DNA from: Octopus sinensis | Lineage: Eukaryota | Reading direction: 5' to 3' | Length of the DNA stretch: 64,000 bases | NCBI RefSeq assembly: GCF_006345805.1 | Contig: NC_043005.1 | Span: forward strand, 8,928,001 to 8,992,000 | In this document: in pieces, positions 62,926 through 64,000 of the stretch | How positions within the stretch are numbered: position 1 is the stretch's first letter | How the letters are laid out: each line of letters opens with the position of its first letter | Notes under the pieces: generated by a model | Databases searched by the model: none | What the model saw: only the letters and a program-made list of their open reading frames with translations | Told to the model about the DNA's origin: nothing | Position numbers and translations under genes: made by a program

Positions 62926-63140
62926 CGAGGCGGCGAGCTGGCAGAAACGTTAACACCCTGGGTGAAATGCTTTATGGTATTGCGTCTGTCTTTATGTTCT
63001 GAGTTCAACATTCACTGAGGTAGATTTTGCCTTTCATCCTTTCGGGGTCGATAAATTAAGTACCAGCGGCGTATTGGGGTCAATGTAATCGATTGGCCCC
63101 GCTTCTCAGAAATTTTGGGCGTTGTGTCTAGAGTAGGAAA
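62926..63140 (+). mobile_element. family-A SINE (variant tail)
   Basis: Head, central domain and a GAAATTTTGGGC tail. Confidence 0.85.
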
Positions 63141-63195
63141 AAATAAGTATAACACTTTCACTCCTCTACATGTTACTTTTCAATTTATAACTATA

Positions 63196-63494
63196 CTAGC
63201 AGTATCGCCCGGCGTTGCTCGGGTTTGTAAAGGATATAACTAAATAAGCATTTTTAGAGAGTTATAGCCAAAAAATAGCAAAAACATGCATTAAAAATGG
63301 AAAAAAATGATGGTAATTTTTTTTTTAAATCGTTGACTCATCGTAGACGCGCGCTAATACCCAGAAGGGCACGATATGAATCACGACTATAAGATACCCG
63401 GTTTTGGTTAAACTGCACCGCAAAATGTGGGAGTAGTTAGGAATCTAAATCGTAGGAGACAGACAGCACACAACCTCACTTTTATATATAAAGA
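63196..63494 (-). mobile_element. non-autonomous Helitron (subfamily 1)
   Basis: CTAG plus hairpin at 63196 and TC end at 63494. Confidence 0.88.
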
Positions 63495-63504
63495 TTATAT
63501 TGGT

Positions 63505-63683
63505 TCCAAATTTTGGCATAATACCAGCATTTTCAGGAGCAGGGCTAAGTCGATGACATTGACTCCAGTGTTCAACTGGTACTTATTTTACCAGTAGACA
63601 ATGTCGTCCTCAGTGGAATTTGAACACATAAATACAGCTAAGAATTTTGCCCTGCATATTAACGGTTCTGCCAGATCGCCTTC
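63505..63683 (-). mobile_element. old family-A SINE remnant
   Basis: Partial homology. Confidence 0.7.
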
Positions 63684-63692
63684 TTATAACTA

Positions 63693-63928
63693 TTAGGTTG
63701 GGGCATAATTATTGCAGTTTTTTATTTTTAAACAAATTTCACTCAACAAAACAATAACAATATTTAACATAAACATCTTGAAATGACAGTCTGACCGTCT
63801 GCCAAACAAATGGGAAGCGGTAATTAATGTAGATGGCGGATATGCTCCAGATGTTTTTGTTACATGTTGTTATAGTTATTGTTGAATATAATCTGTAAAA
63901 AAGCCGCAATAATTATGCACCAACACAC
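63693..63928. mobile_element. mariner-type MITE
   Basis: TA|TTAGGTTGGGGCATAATTATTGC at the left end, its imperfect reverse complement at the right end, TA on both flanks. Confidence 0.8.
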
Positions 63929-64000
63929 TATATTGTATTGGATGCATTTTACAAGTAATGAGGCATTTTTCGTATGGAAAGAGTACATTTTATTATTTTT

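Overview
AT-rich, microsatellite-dense eukaryotic DNA. The SINE families and the (TA)n/(CA)n/(TATG)n/(AAT)n content look like a coleoid cephalopod (Octopus-type) genome; this is inferred from recalled repeat families, not from a search. No complete host gene is visible, and almost all ORFs in the track are translations of microsatellites. The window is mostly intronic or intergenic DNA packed with repeats: about 30 tRNA-derived SINE copies from three modular families; a 3.1-kb 5'-truncated R4/Dong-type RLE retrotransposon followed by (AAT)n; CR1, RTE-like and Penelope (RT and GIY-YIG) remnants; Tc1/mariner and MULE remnants; two MITEs; four non-autonomous Helitrons; and a ~1-kb LTR with an intact-looking Pol II promoter and PBS. 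The best candidate host sequence is a minus-strand microexon plus two in-phase alternative terminal exons at 3.06-3.62 kb. The most notable signal is a set of at least seven minimal hammerhead-ribozyme motifs of the Penelope type, several with non-canonical cores. One ends a tRNA-B-box-headed SINE-like element (32.1-32.6 kb) and one is an orphan (57.2 kb). A strongly structured, (TATG)n-flanked bipartite RTE-like element at 37.7-38.1 kb is also notable. Coordinates of degenerate repeats are approximate (about +/-20 bp).
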